Assembly: GCA_964514435.1 (NCBI GenBank)
Contig: CAZEQV010000001.1
Coordinates: 1-43,265 of the forward strand
From: an uncultured Verrucomicrobiota bacterium
Lineage (GTDB): Bacteria; Verrucomicrobiota; Verrucomicrobiia; Palsa-1439
DNA: 43,265 bases
Reading direction: 5' to 3'
Position 1 is the stretch's first letter; each line of letters opens with the position of its first letter. The notes under the pieces are model-generated. The model did not search any database and was not told where the DNA came from. It saw only the letters and a list, made by a program, of their open reading frames with translations. Made by a program: the position numbers and the translations under genes. Of the stretch, positions 1 through 7,677 are shown piece after piece.

Positions 1-2165
1 CTTTTCATACCAGCCCTGTCCCACACGCGCGCGTCTAATTCCGCGATGACCTTGCTGGTGTTGGCCGGTAACTTGACCGAATGGGTCTTGTCCAATGGAT
101 ACGCCCCGGTCAAAGAAAACAGGCCGAATCGGAGCGCACCGGAACAACTCGCGCCTTCGTTGACCCCGTAAATGCGCACGGCGTTGCCCTGCCGGGTGAC
201 GACGACAGTCACGGGTTGAAAAGCGCGCTTGACCGGCCAGAATGCCGGCGTGCGTCGCAGATAATAGTCCACCGTTGTCCAACTGCGCGTGCACGGCCAG
301 ACATCGTTGTACATCCAGAATATCGCCGAAGCGCTGTCGAACATACGGCGACGAAAATTCTTCACATATTCAGCGAGACCCGCGCCCTGAACCAGTCCGC
401 CCCAATAAACATAATCGTCAATGGTCATGTCCCGGACAACCTGGCCGGTCCAGTTCTCAATCATCTTGTCGGGCGCATACGGCGCCGTCCAATCCCAGTA
501 GCTGACGCTGTTCTCGTGCAATTCCCACTCAAAGGACCCAACCGTGCCGGTGCACGCCCGCATGGTCGGCAACGAGACGGGGCCGAGGATGCCGCCCTCA
601 TTAGGGAACCGGCAAATCAAGTTCCGGTACTTCCGAAAATCCGTGTCGTGAAACCCAATCGTCCACGGGTGTTGATCGCCGCGGTCGTCCAAGTTCGGGT
701 CATCGGCGGGATCCGGTGACATGGGCGAACTGGGATGAAAATACCGGGACGGATCCTCCTCGCGCATTAATCGCGGCAGGATTTGATGGAACAACGCATA
801 ATCAGGATGGGCCACGCCGGTATGATACCGCCAATGCCAGTGTCCCACTTCCATCTCATTGTTCCCGCACCAGATAATCAAGCTGGGATGATGCGCCAGA
901 CGGCGGATCTGATGCGTCGCTTCACGTTTCACATCGGCCAGAAAATCCGCGTCAATGGTCGGATACTTCGCGCAGGCAAAAATGAACTCCTGCCACACCA
1001 GAATCCCTTTCGCATCGCACAACTCGTAAAACGCGTCGCTCTCATACTGGCCGCCGCCCCAAACGCGCAGCATGTTGAAATTCGATTCAAGGGCGCGGTC
1101 CACCAGCGTCTCGTAACGCCTGCGGTCAATCCGCGACAAAATCAAATCTGCCGGCACGAAGTTGCCGCCTTTGCAAAAAATCGGTTTTCCATTGATCTCC
1201 ACAATGAAGAAACTGCCGGAGTCCGGATGCTTCTCCTGATTCACGCGAACATGACGGAATCCCACGCGCTTGGTGGCTTTCCCGATACCGGCCAACGACA
1301 CCGTCACGGTGTAACGCGGCTGCGCTCCGTGCCCCACCGGCCACCACAACTTCGGACGCGGCACGGTCACGGAAATCTCCAAGCGATTCGCGCCCGGCTT
1401 GATCTTGACCGGCAAGCGGTGCGTTTGCCCGGCCACCTTGATGGTCAACGTCGAAGATACCGGCTTGGCGTTGAGACCTTCGACAAACACGCGGGCTGTC
1501 ACCTTGCCGGATGAAAAATCTTCGGTCAATTCGCTGAAGACAGCGCAGCCATCCCAGCGAGCGGACCGGGCGATTTCCAAGCGGACGTGACCGGGAATGC
1601 CCACGTTGAGCAAGCGCGGCGACCAATCCCAACCGTGCTCGCTTTGCGTCTTGCGCAGCCACGGGCGTTTCGTCAGTTCGTGGCCGGGATTGACGTTGTA
1701 TCCCGCCCCCGACCGGTACGCGGCGTGAAACAATCCGCTTTCGACCTGAACGACCAACTGGTTCTCGCCCGACTTGAGATGCTCGGTCACTTCCACCCGG
1801 CACGGATAGAACGCGTTGGCATGACGCCCGACCTCTTTGCCGTTGAGGTGGATGACCGCCGCGTAATCCAGCGCGTCGAACACCAGCCACGCTCGCTCGA
1901 CGGGACGCAGTTTCGCGGCCGTGAACGAGCGGAAGTAATACCAATACGTTTCTTCAACCCACCGGCACTTCAACACATTGGCGCCCGTGTTCGGGTCGGC
2001 AATGATGCCGAGGTCAACAAGTGTCTCATGGACTGAGCCCGGCACCTTGGCCGGCCAGATGCGCTCCGCGGCAAACACACCGGCCACGATCCGTTGCAGA
2101 CGGTCGCCCCGCTCGCCATCGTTCCACCGCAACCTCCAGATGCCATCCAAATTGATCGTCTTCAT
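1..2165 (-). CDS. Glycoside hydrolase family 2, beta-mannosidase-like (C-terminus runs off the window at position 1)
   Basis: Absent from the ORF track because there is no stop in the window. Hand translation of the minus strand from ATG 2165..2163 gives MKTINLDGIWRLRWNDGERG... and stays open to position 1. GH2 hallmarks seen: PKLWWPVGHGAQPRY, FCKGGNFVPAD, NMLRVWGGGQYE, ILVWQEFIFAC, SLIIWCGNNE. The ATG overlaps the upstream glycerate kinase stop (ATGA). Confidence 0.85.
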   Translation of the reverse strand, partial: MKTINLDGIWRLRWNDGERGDRLQRIVAGVFAAERIWPAKVPGSVHETLVDLGIIADPNTGANVLKCRWVEETYWYYFRSFTAAKLRPVERAWLVFDALDYAAVIHLNGKEVGRHANAFYPCRVEVTEHLKSGENQLVVQVESGLFHAAYRSGAGYNVNPGHELTKRPWLRKTQSEHGWDWSPRLLNVGIPGHVRLEIARSARWDGCAVFSELTEDFSSGKVTARVFVEGLNAKPVSSTLTIKVAGQTHRLPVKIKPGANRLEISVTVPRPKLWWPVGHGAQPRYTVTVSLAGIGKATKRVGFRHVRVNQEKHPDSGSFFIVEINGKPIFCKGGNFVPADLILSRIDRRRYETLVDRALESNFNMLRVWGGGQYESDAFYELCDAKGILVWQEFIFACAKYPTIDADFLADVKREATHQIRRLAHHPSLIIWCGNNEMEVGHWHWRYHTGVAHPDYALFHQILPRLMREEDPSRYFHPSSPMSPDPADDPNLDDRGDQHPWTIGFHDTDFRKYRNLICRFPNEGGILGPVSLPTMRACTGTVGSFEWELHENSVSYWDWTAPYAPDKMIENWTGQVVRDMTIDDYVYWGGLVQGAGLAEYVKNFRRRMFDSASAIFWMYNDVWPCTRSWTTVDYYLRRTPAFWPVKRAFQPVTVVVTRQGNAVRIYGVNEGASCSGALRFGLFSLTGAYPLDKTHSVKLPANTSKVIAELDARVWDRAGMK

Positions 2166-3361
2166 ATGTGCCCGCTCTGATACTGGCAGAATGCTCCGGT
2201 GGCAAGACGTTCAACCGCCTGCGCCAACAATTGAGGCGCATCTTGCATCGCCCGCTCAACATCAACGCCTCCCTCCCGCAGCGACGTGACAGCGTCCACT
2301 CCGCGAGCCCGGCACTCATCTTCGGCGACCTCCACCGTTCCTGCTGCTACGGCCACGCGGACATGGTGTTTCTTGGCCAGACCCAATACGCCGAAAACCA
2401 CTTTGCCCCGCCAAGACTGGGAATCGAGCTTGCCCTCGCCGGTAAGAATCCAGTCGGCTCCGCGAACGGCGTCGAGCAAGCCGCTGGCCTTCATCACCGT
2501 TTCCACGCCGGAAACCAAACGCGCATCCAGGAACGCAGCCATGCCGGCCGCCAACCCCCCTGCTGCGCCCCCGCCCTGCAGGGCGAGAATGTCTTTGCCG
2601 AGTTGCGACCTAACGATACCGGCCAAGTGCCGCAATCCGCGATCGAGTTCCTGCACCATTTCCGGTGATGCGCCTTTCTGCGGACCGAAAACAGCCGCCG
2701 CGCCCGTGGGCCCGCACAACGGATTGTCCACATCACACAGTACCTCCACCCCCGGGAATGTGTATTTTGGTGGAATGATCATTCCGATAAATATCAGGTT
2801 CTGGCCGCCCAAGCCCACGTAACGACCGCTCCATTTCTTGGAATGATCATTCCTTAAAGTGTAATGTATGGTCTCATCAATGGAATGATCGTTCCGAGCG
2901 GTGAATCGCCAGCCAAGGGCGGTCGCAGCTCCAACACCCCCGTCTATCGTCGCGCTGCCGCCCACAGCTAATAGGATGTGTTCCGCGCCGTGCTTGATGG
3001 CGGCGCGCAACAACTGCCCCGTCCCGAATGTTGAGGTCAACATGGGGTTGCGCTCTTCCGGCTTCAATAACGCCAGTCCACTCGCGCTTGCCATTTCTAC
3101 AACAGCAGTTTTTCTGTCGGCCAACCAACCAAAACCGGATTCAATCTCCCGTCCCAACGGATCGAGCGCCCGTGACGGAATCCATTCACCATCACAAGCC
3201 GCGATCAATGCTTGCGCCGTTCCCTCGCCGCCATCGGCCATCGGTTTCTCAATGATCTCTGCTCCGGGAAATTTCGCTCGCAGCACCCCGGCGGCAATCC
3301 GGCACGCTTGAAGCCCAGTCAGGGTTCCTTTGAATTTGTCGAATGCGACAACAATCTTCAC
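2162..3361 (-). CDS. glxK: Glycerate kinase
   Basis: ORF 2162..3397. (V/M)KIVVAFDKFKGTL matches the usual MKIVIAPDSFKxS N-terminus of the family, so I prefer GTG 3361 (7 nt after the permease stop) over ATG 3397. Family motifs: PMADGGEGT, GGSATIDGG, CDVDNPLCGP, VFGPQKGA. Carries an unusual AT-rich patch with three palindromes (see findings). Confidence 0.85.
   Translation of the reverse strand: MKIVVAFDKFKGTLTGLQACRIAAGVLRAKFPGAEIIEKPMADGGEGTAQALIAACDGEWIPSRALDPLGREIESGFGWLADRKTAVVEMASASGLALLKPEERNPMLTSTFGTGQLLRAAIKHGAEHILLAVGGSATIDGGVGAATALGWRFTARNDHSIDETIHYTLRNDHSKKWSGRYVGLGGQNLIFIGMIIPPKYTFPGVEVLCDVDNPLCGPTGAAAVFGPQKGASPEMVQELDRGLRHLAGIVRSQLGKDILALQGGGAAGGLAAGMAAFLDARLVSGVETVMKASGLLDAVRGADWILTGEGKLDSQSWRGKVVFGVLGLAKKHHVRVAVAAGTVEVAEDECRARGVDAVTSLREGGVDVERAMQDAPQLLAQAVERLATGAFCQYQSGHI
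2772..2785. repeat. Intragenic copy A of palindrome GGAATGATCATTCC
   Basis: Exact 14-bp self-complementary match. Flanks (ATTTTGGT / GATAAAT) resemble the extended intergenic palindrome at 7624..7657. Read in glxK frame as G-M-I-I-P. Confidence 0.9.
2840..2853. repeat. Intragenic copy B of palindrome GGAATGATCATTCC
   Basis: Exact 14-bp match, 68 bp centre-to-centre from copy A. Read in glxK frame as R-N-D-H-S. Confidence 0.9.
2882..2895. repeat. Intragenic copy C, GGAATGATCGTTCC (13/14)
   Basis: One mismatch to the palindrome, 42 bp centre-to-centre from copy B. Same frame as copy B (R-N-D-H-S). Confidence 0.8.
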
Positions 3362-3368
3362 GCAGCCA

Positions 3369-4214
3369 TTATGAACGCCACCGCGCGATAAAAGCAATCA
3401 GCGCTATGACGGCGTTCACGGCCACGATTGTCGGTCCGGTGGGCAGATCGTACACGTAGGACAGCGAGACGCCGGCCAGTCCGCCGATCACGCCCACCGT
3501 CACACTGATGGCAAACACGGCGCGCATGTTGCGTCCCACCAGCAACGCCGTTGCGGCCGGCAAGACAAGGAAGCTGAACACCACCAGCGCACCGGCTGAG
3601 TTCGTGGATATGGATATGGTCACGCCGACAGACAAGAACAGGGCTGTGTTCCACAACCTGGCCGGCAATCCCTGCGCCGTCGCCATGTCGGGATCGAAGG
3701 ACGCAAACAGAACTTCCTTGTGAAACAGGCCATGCACGACTCCCAGCGCCACGGCCCAAGCCGCCAATCCCGCCACGCCGGTGCCGCTGATGGTGAGCAC
3801 GCTGCCAAACAGCAGGTTCAACACTTCCGCATGAACGTGCGCGCTGGCAGCCACCAACAAGATGGCGAGTCCGGCCGCCGTGGCGTAGGTGATGCCGATG
3901 AGTGTTTCGCGGGGCAGCCGTCGTTCCCGGTATTGCGCGGCCATCAACGCCGCCGCGACAAGAGTGAGCGCCAGGGCAAAGGGTTGTGGCGGGAAATGAA
4001 TGTCGCGGCCCATCCATTGCCCCAAGATGCCGCAGGTCACGAACGACAGCGCGACGCCCAGCGAACTCACTTGCGCCAATGCCGCCCCCACAAACACGGC
4101 GCGTCGCAGCACGATGAACACGCCCAAGAACGAGCACATCGCGGCCACAATCGCCGTGCCGGCCAGCACGTTCAGCATGAAATCCTGCCGCGCCATTTCC
4201 AACAGCGCGTTCAC
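3369..4214 (-). CDS. Metal ABC transporter permease (ABC-3 / ZnuB-MntB-TroCD family)
   Basis: ORF 3369..4307. Polytopic hydrophobic sequence, e.g. FMLNVLAGTAIVAAMCSFLGVFIVLRRAVFVGAALAQVSSLGVAL, typical of ABC-3 permeases. Start placed at GTG 4214, which overlaps the ATPase stop (GTGA). ATG 4196 is an equally plausible alternative. The upstream part of the ORF is Arg-rich and looks non-coding. Confidence 0.85.
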   Translation of the reverse strand: MNALLEMARQDFMLNVLAGTAIVAAMCSFLGVFIVLRRAVFVGAALAQVSSLGVALSFVTCGILGQWMGRDIHFPPQPFALALTLVAAALMAAQYRERRLPRETLIGITYATAAGLAILLVAASAHVHAEVLNLLFGSVLTISGTGVAGLAAWAVALGVVHGLFHKEVLFASFDPDMATAQGLPARLWNTALFLSVGVTISISTNSAGALVVFSFLVLPAATALLVGRNMRAVFAISVTVGVIGGLAGVSLSYVYDLPTGPTIVAVNAVIALIAFIARWRS

Positions 4215-5002
4215 GTGATCACCATCCGCTTGCCGGCGATGGTTTCGACGCGGACCGCAATGCCATAGACGGCGCTGAGAACCTCGCCGGTCAGGATCTG
4301 TTCGCATGTTCCCAGCCGGTAGTGGCCGCCATGCAGCAGCAGCAATCGCTGCGCGCTGTTGGAAAGCTCGTTCAGCCGGTGCGTCACATAGATGATCGTC
4401 ACCCCGCTTTCCCTCTGCAATCGGGAGATCAATTCCATGATGCCGCGTTGGCCCTCGATGTCCATGCCGTCGGTCGGTTCATCCAAGACAAGCACCCGCG
4501 CCTCGCTGGTCACCGCCCGCGCGATCAACGCCCGTTGTCTCTGGCCGCCCGACAGGTCGCGGAAGGGTTTGTCGCCCGCATCACCGATGCCGGTAAGCTC
4601 CATGGCCCGCTCGACCATTTCGTGATCGTGCGCGCCGGGCGGCTGCATCAATCCGAGCAAGCCATACCGGCCCATCAACACCACTTCGCGCGTGCTCAAC
4701 GGGAAAGCATCATCCAACGTCTGGCGCTGGGGAACGTATCCGAACCGCATGGGGACAGCGCCCGCGTGTTGTTCGATGCGTTGGTCGCCCGTGCCATCTT
4801 GCTCCGACAATTCATAGATGACCTTTCCTGACATAGGCGGCAACAAACCCAGCAGCACGCGGAGGATGGTGGTCTTGCCGGACCCGTTGGCCCCGACAAT
4901 TCCAAAGAATTCACCCTTCCGGATTGCAAAGCTCAAGCCAGACAACACGACGTGCCGCCTGTACCCGAGCGTCACGTTGTCGAATGTGACGGGTGCGGAC
5001 AT
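4211..5002 (-). CDS. Metal ABC transporter ATP-binding protein (ZnuC/MntA-like)
   Basis: Walker A GANGSGKTT, ABC signature LSGGQRQRALIARAV, Walker B VLVLDEPTDGMD. The ATG shares one base with the SBP stop (TAATG). Confidence 0.9.
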   Translation of the reverse strand: MSAPVTFDNVTLGYRRHVVLSGLSFAIRKGEFFGIVGANGSGKTTILRVLLGLLPPMSGKVIYELSEQDGTGDQRIEQHAGAVPMRFGYVPQRQTLDDAFPLSTREVVLMGRYGLLGLMQPPGAHDHEMVERAMELTGIGDAGDKPFRDLSGGQRQRALIARAVTSEARVLVLDEPTDGMDIEGQRGIMELISRLQRESGVTIIYVTHRLNELSNSAQRLLLLHGGHYRLGTCEQILTGEVLSAVYGIAVRVETIAGKRMVIT

Positions 5003-5892
5003 TACTTGAGCGCCTCGGCGATCCGGCGCGCTTGTTCTTGCAGCGCGGCGGCATAATGGCGCGCCGGTGATTCGCCCGCCAACGGTAGCGACACCACCTT
5101 GGCGCCCGTCTTGGCGGCGATCAGATCCGGCATGCGCCGCTCATACCAGGGCTCAAGAAGAATCAACCGGATGGATTCGGTTTTCATTTGCTCGGTCACG
5201 GCGGTGATGTGGGCGGGCGAGGGCGCGATGCCGGGCTTGGGCTCGATGGTGTTGGCGACCACCAAACCATAGCGGTCAGCCAGATACGTCAAACTGCGGT
5301 GGTAGGTGACGATCTTGGCGCCCCGGTAAGGCGCGAGTTTTGTCTGCGCTTCGCGGAACGCCGTTTCGATGTGTTGCAGCAACGCCGAAGCGTTCGTCTC
5401 ATACAGGGCGGCGTGACCGGCATCCACGACTTTGAGGCGATCGGCGACCGCGCGCGCGACCTGTTGGGCGCGGACGGGATCGAGCAGGTAATGCGGGTTG
5501 CCCATCGCGTGAACATCGCCTTGTGACCGGGTCACGGGGCCGGTGGGCACGTCCAGCGGCGTGACGTATTGGCTGGCGTTGATGCGCCCCGGTCGGCCCG
5601 GTTGGATGCGCGGGTTGCGCGTCTGCTCCAACAACGCCGGCAACCAGCCGATCTCCAGATCAAGTCCGACCTCGATCAACACATCGGCCATGTTCAACGT
5701 CACGATATGGCTCGGTTTGGCCTCGATGAAATGCGGATTTTCATTGGGCCGACAGATGCTGATGACCACCGCGTTCGAGCCGGCCACGTCGCGCGCCAAC
5801 GCGGCGAGGTCCGGTGTGGTGGTGACAATGTGGAGCGCGGCTTGCACCGCTGCCGGGCAGAGGGCCGCCAGTGGGATCAGGAGTTTGTTCAT
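5002..5892 (-). CDS. Periplasmic metal-binding protein, cluster A-I SBP (ZnuA/TroA/MntC family)
   Basis: C-terminal 297 codons of ORF 5002..6414. Starts at ATG 5892 with signal peptide MNKLLIPLAALCPAAVQA, then IVTTTPDLAALARDVAG...NPHFIEAKPS...VTYHRSLTYLADRYGL, typical of ZnuA/TroA-type SBPs. No long His-rich loop is visible, so the metal (Zn or Mn/Fe) is not assignable. Confidence 0.85.
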   Translation of the reverse strand: MNKLLIPLAALCPAAVQAALHIVTTTPDLAALARDVAGSNAVVISICRPNENPHFIEAKPSHIVTLNMADVLIEVGLDLEIGWLPALLEQTRNPRIQPGRPGRINASQYVTPLDVPTGPVTRSQGDVHAMGNPHYLLDPVRAQQVARAVADRLKVVDAGHAALYETNASALLQHIETAFREAQTKLAPYRGAKIVTYHRSLTYLADRYGLVVANTIEPKPGIAPSPAHITAVTEQMKTESIRLILLEPWYERRMPDLIAAKTGAKVVSLPLAGESPARHYAAALQEQARRIAEALK

Positions 5893-5902
5893 GGTTGGTT
5901 CC

Positions 5903-7195
5903 TCAAAACTTGTGCGCGGCGTGAGCGCCCAGCAGAAACTCCAACTGGAACCACACGCTGTGATCGGAGCCGATGCCACAACGATGATCGTAGTTGTATT
6001 GGAGCCGCAGTTTGCTGAACTCGGTCGGATACCATGTCGCATTCGGAGCGAGACGGCATCGTTCGCCACGCCAATCGGAATCGAACGAAGCTTCATCGCC
6101 GTTGGCGTATTCACCGCGGATACCGGCCACCCAGCCCCGTGTGAATCCCCACAACAACTGCGAATACAGGCCCCAGTCGCGCAGTGTTTCAGCCGGCAAC
6201 GGTCCGCTGCCATCTTCCGCCGGGCGCGCGGCGGCCTCATAGCGGCGATAGATGACCTCCGTCTGCCAACCCACGAACGGAAACCCGGCTCTTGCGTTTC
6301 GCGGTTTCCATTTCCAGTACACATCGCCGCCGTAGATTTGCGTGTCCGCACCGCTGCCGGAGTTGTTCGGTCCAAACGCACCGGACGCGCCGAGCAAAAG
6401 CGTCTGCGTGTCATGGATGTCGAAGGCTGTCACCAGGCGCGGCACATACAACAGATCGTTGAGACTATGCAGGCCGGTATCTTTAACGCGGCCGCCATGA
6501 ATCTCGGAAGACTCCTCCGACCGGAAACTAAATGCCGTTTCGCCGCTGCTATCAAACACACTCAACATCAACTCCGTGTACACCGGCCACGGCGCGAGCC
6601 AGGAGACCCGCGCGCCCGGATTGCGCAAACCGTCGGGTCCCATCAACCGCGTCACTGCGACCGGTTGATCCACGAATGCCCACGTGTGGTTGTGCTGCGT
6701 GTTTTGGCGGCCAAAATCGGCCAAGAACTGACCGGCCCGCAACTGCAAGTTGGCCGGCAAGGAGATGGTTTGCATCCATGCCTCCTCCAGTTCGATCTCG
6801 GTTTCGCCTTCCGGGCTGATCACCAATGTCAGCGTCGCCAACGCCTTGAAATACGGATCCACCGCGCCATCGAGCGTCACTTCGAGGCCGGTCAGATTGA
6901 ATCCGCGCCGACCGGGATCGTGGTGGGCGCCGTTGAGCGATTCAACGTCTTCCTCGGTGGACGTTCCGATGACGATGTCGCCCACGGCGCTGATGTTGAG
7001 ATAACTGCGGGTTGATTTCTCCGGTGACGTCGCCGGCTGGATTTCGGCTTCGGCGATCTTGTCCTGCAACTGCTTCATCTGCTGCTGGAGTTGCTGCATT
7101 TGCTGTTTGAGCAACTCCAATGATGTTTCTTCGGCCGATACAATGCTACCGGCCCACACAGCCGACAGCACAACGGCATATAACTTCACGTTCAT
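5903..7195 (-). CDS. Outer-membrane beta-barrel protein, porin-like, with N-terminal coiled coil
   Basis: Signal peptide MNVKLYAVVLSAVWAGSIVSA, Q/L heptad segment LELLKQQMQQLQQQMKQLQDKIAEAE, alternating beta-strand-like sequence rich in G/Y/W, and a C-terminal ...HKF (terminal Phe typical of OMPs). Strong SD AGGAGG 9 nt upstream of the ATG. Confidence 0.75.
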   Translation of the reverse strand: MNVKLYAVVLSAVWAGSIVSAEETSLELLKQQMQQLQQQMKQLQDKIAEAEIQPATSPEKSTRSYLNISAVGDIVIGTSTEEDVESLNGAHHDPGRRGFNLTGLEVTLDGAVDPYFKALATLTLVISPEGETEIELEEAWMQTISLPANLQLRAGQFLADFGRQNTQHNHTWAFVDQPVAVTRLMGPDGLRNPGARVSWLAPWPVYTELMLSVFDSSGETAFSFRSEESSEIHGGRVKDTGLHSLNDLLYVPRLVTAFDIHDTQTLLLGASGAFGPNNSGSGADTQIYGGDVYWKWKPRNARAGFPFVGWQTEVIYRRYEAAARPAEDGSGPLPAETLRDWGLYSQLLWGFTRGWVAGIRGEYANGDEASFDSDWRGERCRLAPNATWYPTEFSKLRLQYNYDHRCGIGSDHSVWFQLEFLLGAHAAHKF

Positions 7196-7264
7196 GGAAT
7201 GATTCCTCCTGCGACCGGTCGGGTCGCGTTAGTTTGAGTTCACGGTTTCGACTGATAGAGAGAG

Positions 7265-7552
7265 TCAGGCCGTGACTGGAGGAGCGCGGGCGGGAGCCGA
7301 TGGATCAACCTCGGCCGGCAAGCTTGAAGTGGTGACGACCGAAGATCTGCCATATTTGATCGGCGCCGAAGGCAGTTCTGAAACGGACGGTACTTCGGCG
7401 GTCGCGCTCAATTGCCAGACGCAGGCGACGCAATGGCTGGAATGACCGTGGACGGTGTGATCCTCGGAATCGTGGTGATGGGTGAAACCGAATGCTGTCG
7501 CCAACACGACATACAAGGACAGCGCCATCACCGTTGTCATCTGCCACAACAT
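7265..7552 (-). CDS. Small membrane-anchored His/Cys-rich protein (possible metal-binding; DUF2946-like by recollection)
   Basis: ORF 7265..7651 starts with TTG inside the palindrome. I prefer ATG 7552: MLWQMTTVMALSLYVVLATAFGF (one TM) followed by THHHDSEDHTVHGHSSHCVAC (7 His and 2 Cys in 21 residues). No convincing SD, so start and even coding status are uncertain. Confidence 0.55.
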   Translation of the reverse strand: MLWQMTTVMALSLYVVLATAFGFTHHHDSEDHTVHGHSSHCVACVWQLSATAEVPSVSELPSAPIKYGRSSVVTTSSLPAEVDPSAPARAPPVTA

Positions 7553-7623
7553 GACCGCTTGATACCGCACAATTCCCGCTCCGTCAATCCGAACAACCCC
7601 GCCCCCCCTCCTCGATTCACCCG

Positions 7624-7657
7624 GACATTTTGTGGAATGATCATTCCACAAAATGTC
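7624..7657. promoter_or_regulatory. 34-bp perfect palindrome; candidate operator (Fur/Zur-family-like) for the metal-uptake operon
   Basis: GACATTTTGTGGAATGATCATTCCACAAAATGTC. All 17 base pairs checked by hand; symmetry breaks at 7623/7658. AT-rich, 20 nt downstream of the DUF1573 stop and about 70-95 nt upstream of the first gene of the metal cluster. The palindrome is certain; the function is inferred. Confidence 0.55.
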
Positions 7658-7677
7658 GGTAGTTGACAGGAAGACGG

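Noticed and set aside
5893-6414. N-terminal 174 codons of the 470-aa ORF 5002..6414
   Set aside because: It overlaps the OMP gene in another frame and is Arg/Cys-rich. The SBP has a clean signal peptide starting at ATG 5892, 10 nt after the OMP stop.
5543-7015. 490-aa plus-strand ORF
   Set aside because: Antisense to both the SBP and the OMP genes. It spans their junction and has no motifs.
7631-7650. Inverted TGTGGAA / TTCCACA resembling DnaA boxes (TTATCCACA)
   Set aside because: Only 6 of 9 positions match. There is no dnaA/dnaN context or AT-rich unwinding element, and a single inverted pair is not an origin.
7553-7651. TTG-initiated extension (MWNDHSTKCPGESRRGGG...) of the small His-rich ORF
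   Set aside because: The start codon lies inside the 34-bp palindrome, and NDHS is simply the palindrome read in frame. The hydrophobic anchor begins at ATG 7552.
7624-7657. The 34-bp palindrome as an intrinsic terminator of the DUF1573 gene
   Set aside because: It could fold as a 15-bp stem, but on the transcribed (minus) strand it is followed by GTCCGGGTGAATCG... with no U-tract. Copies of its core also occur inside a CDS. Not excluded, but an operator seems more likely.
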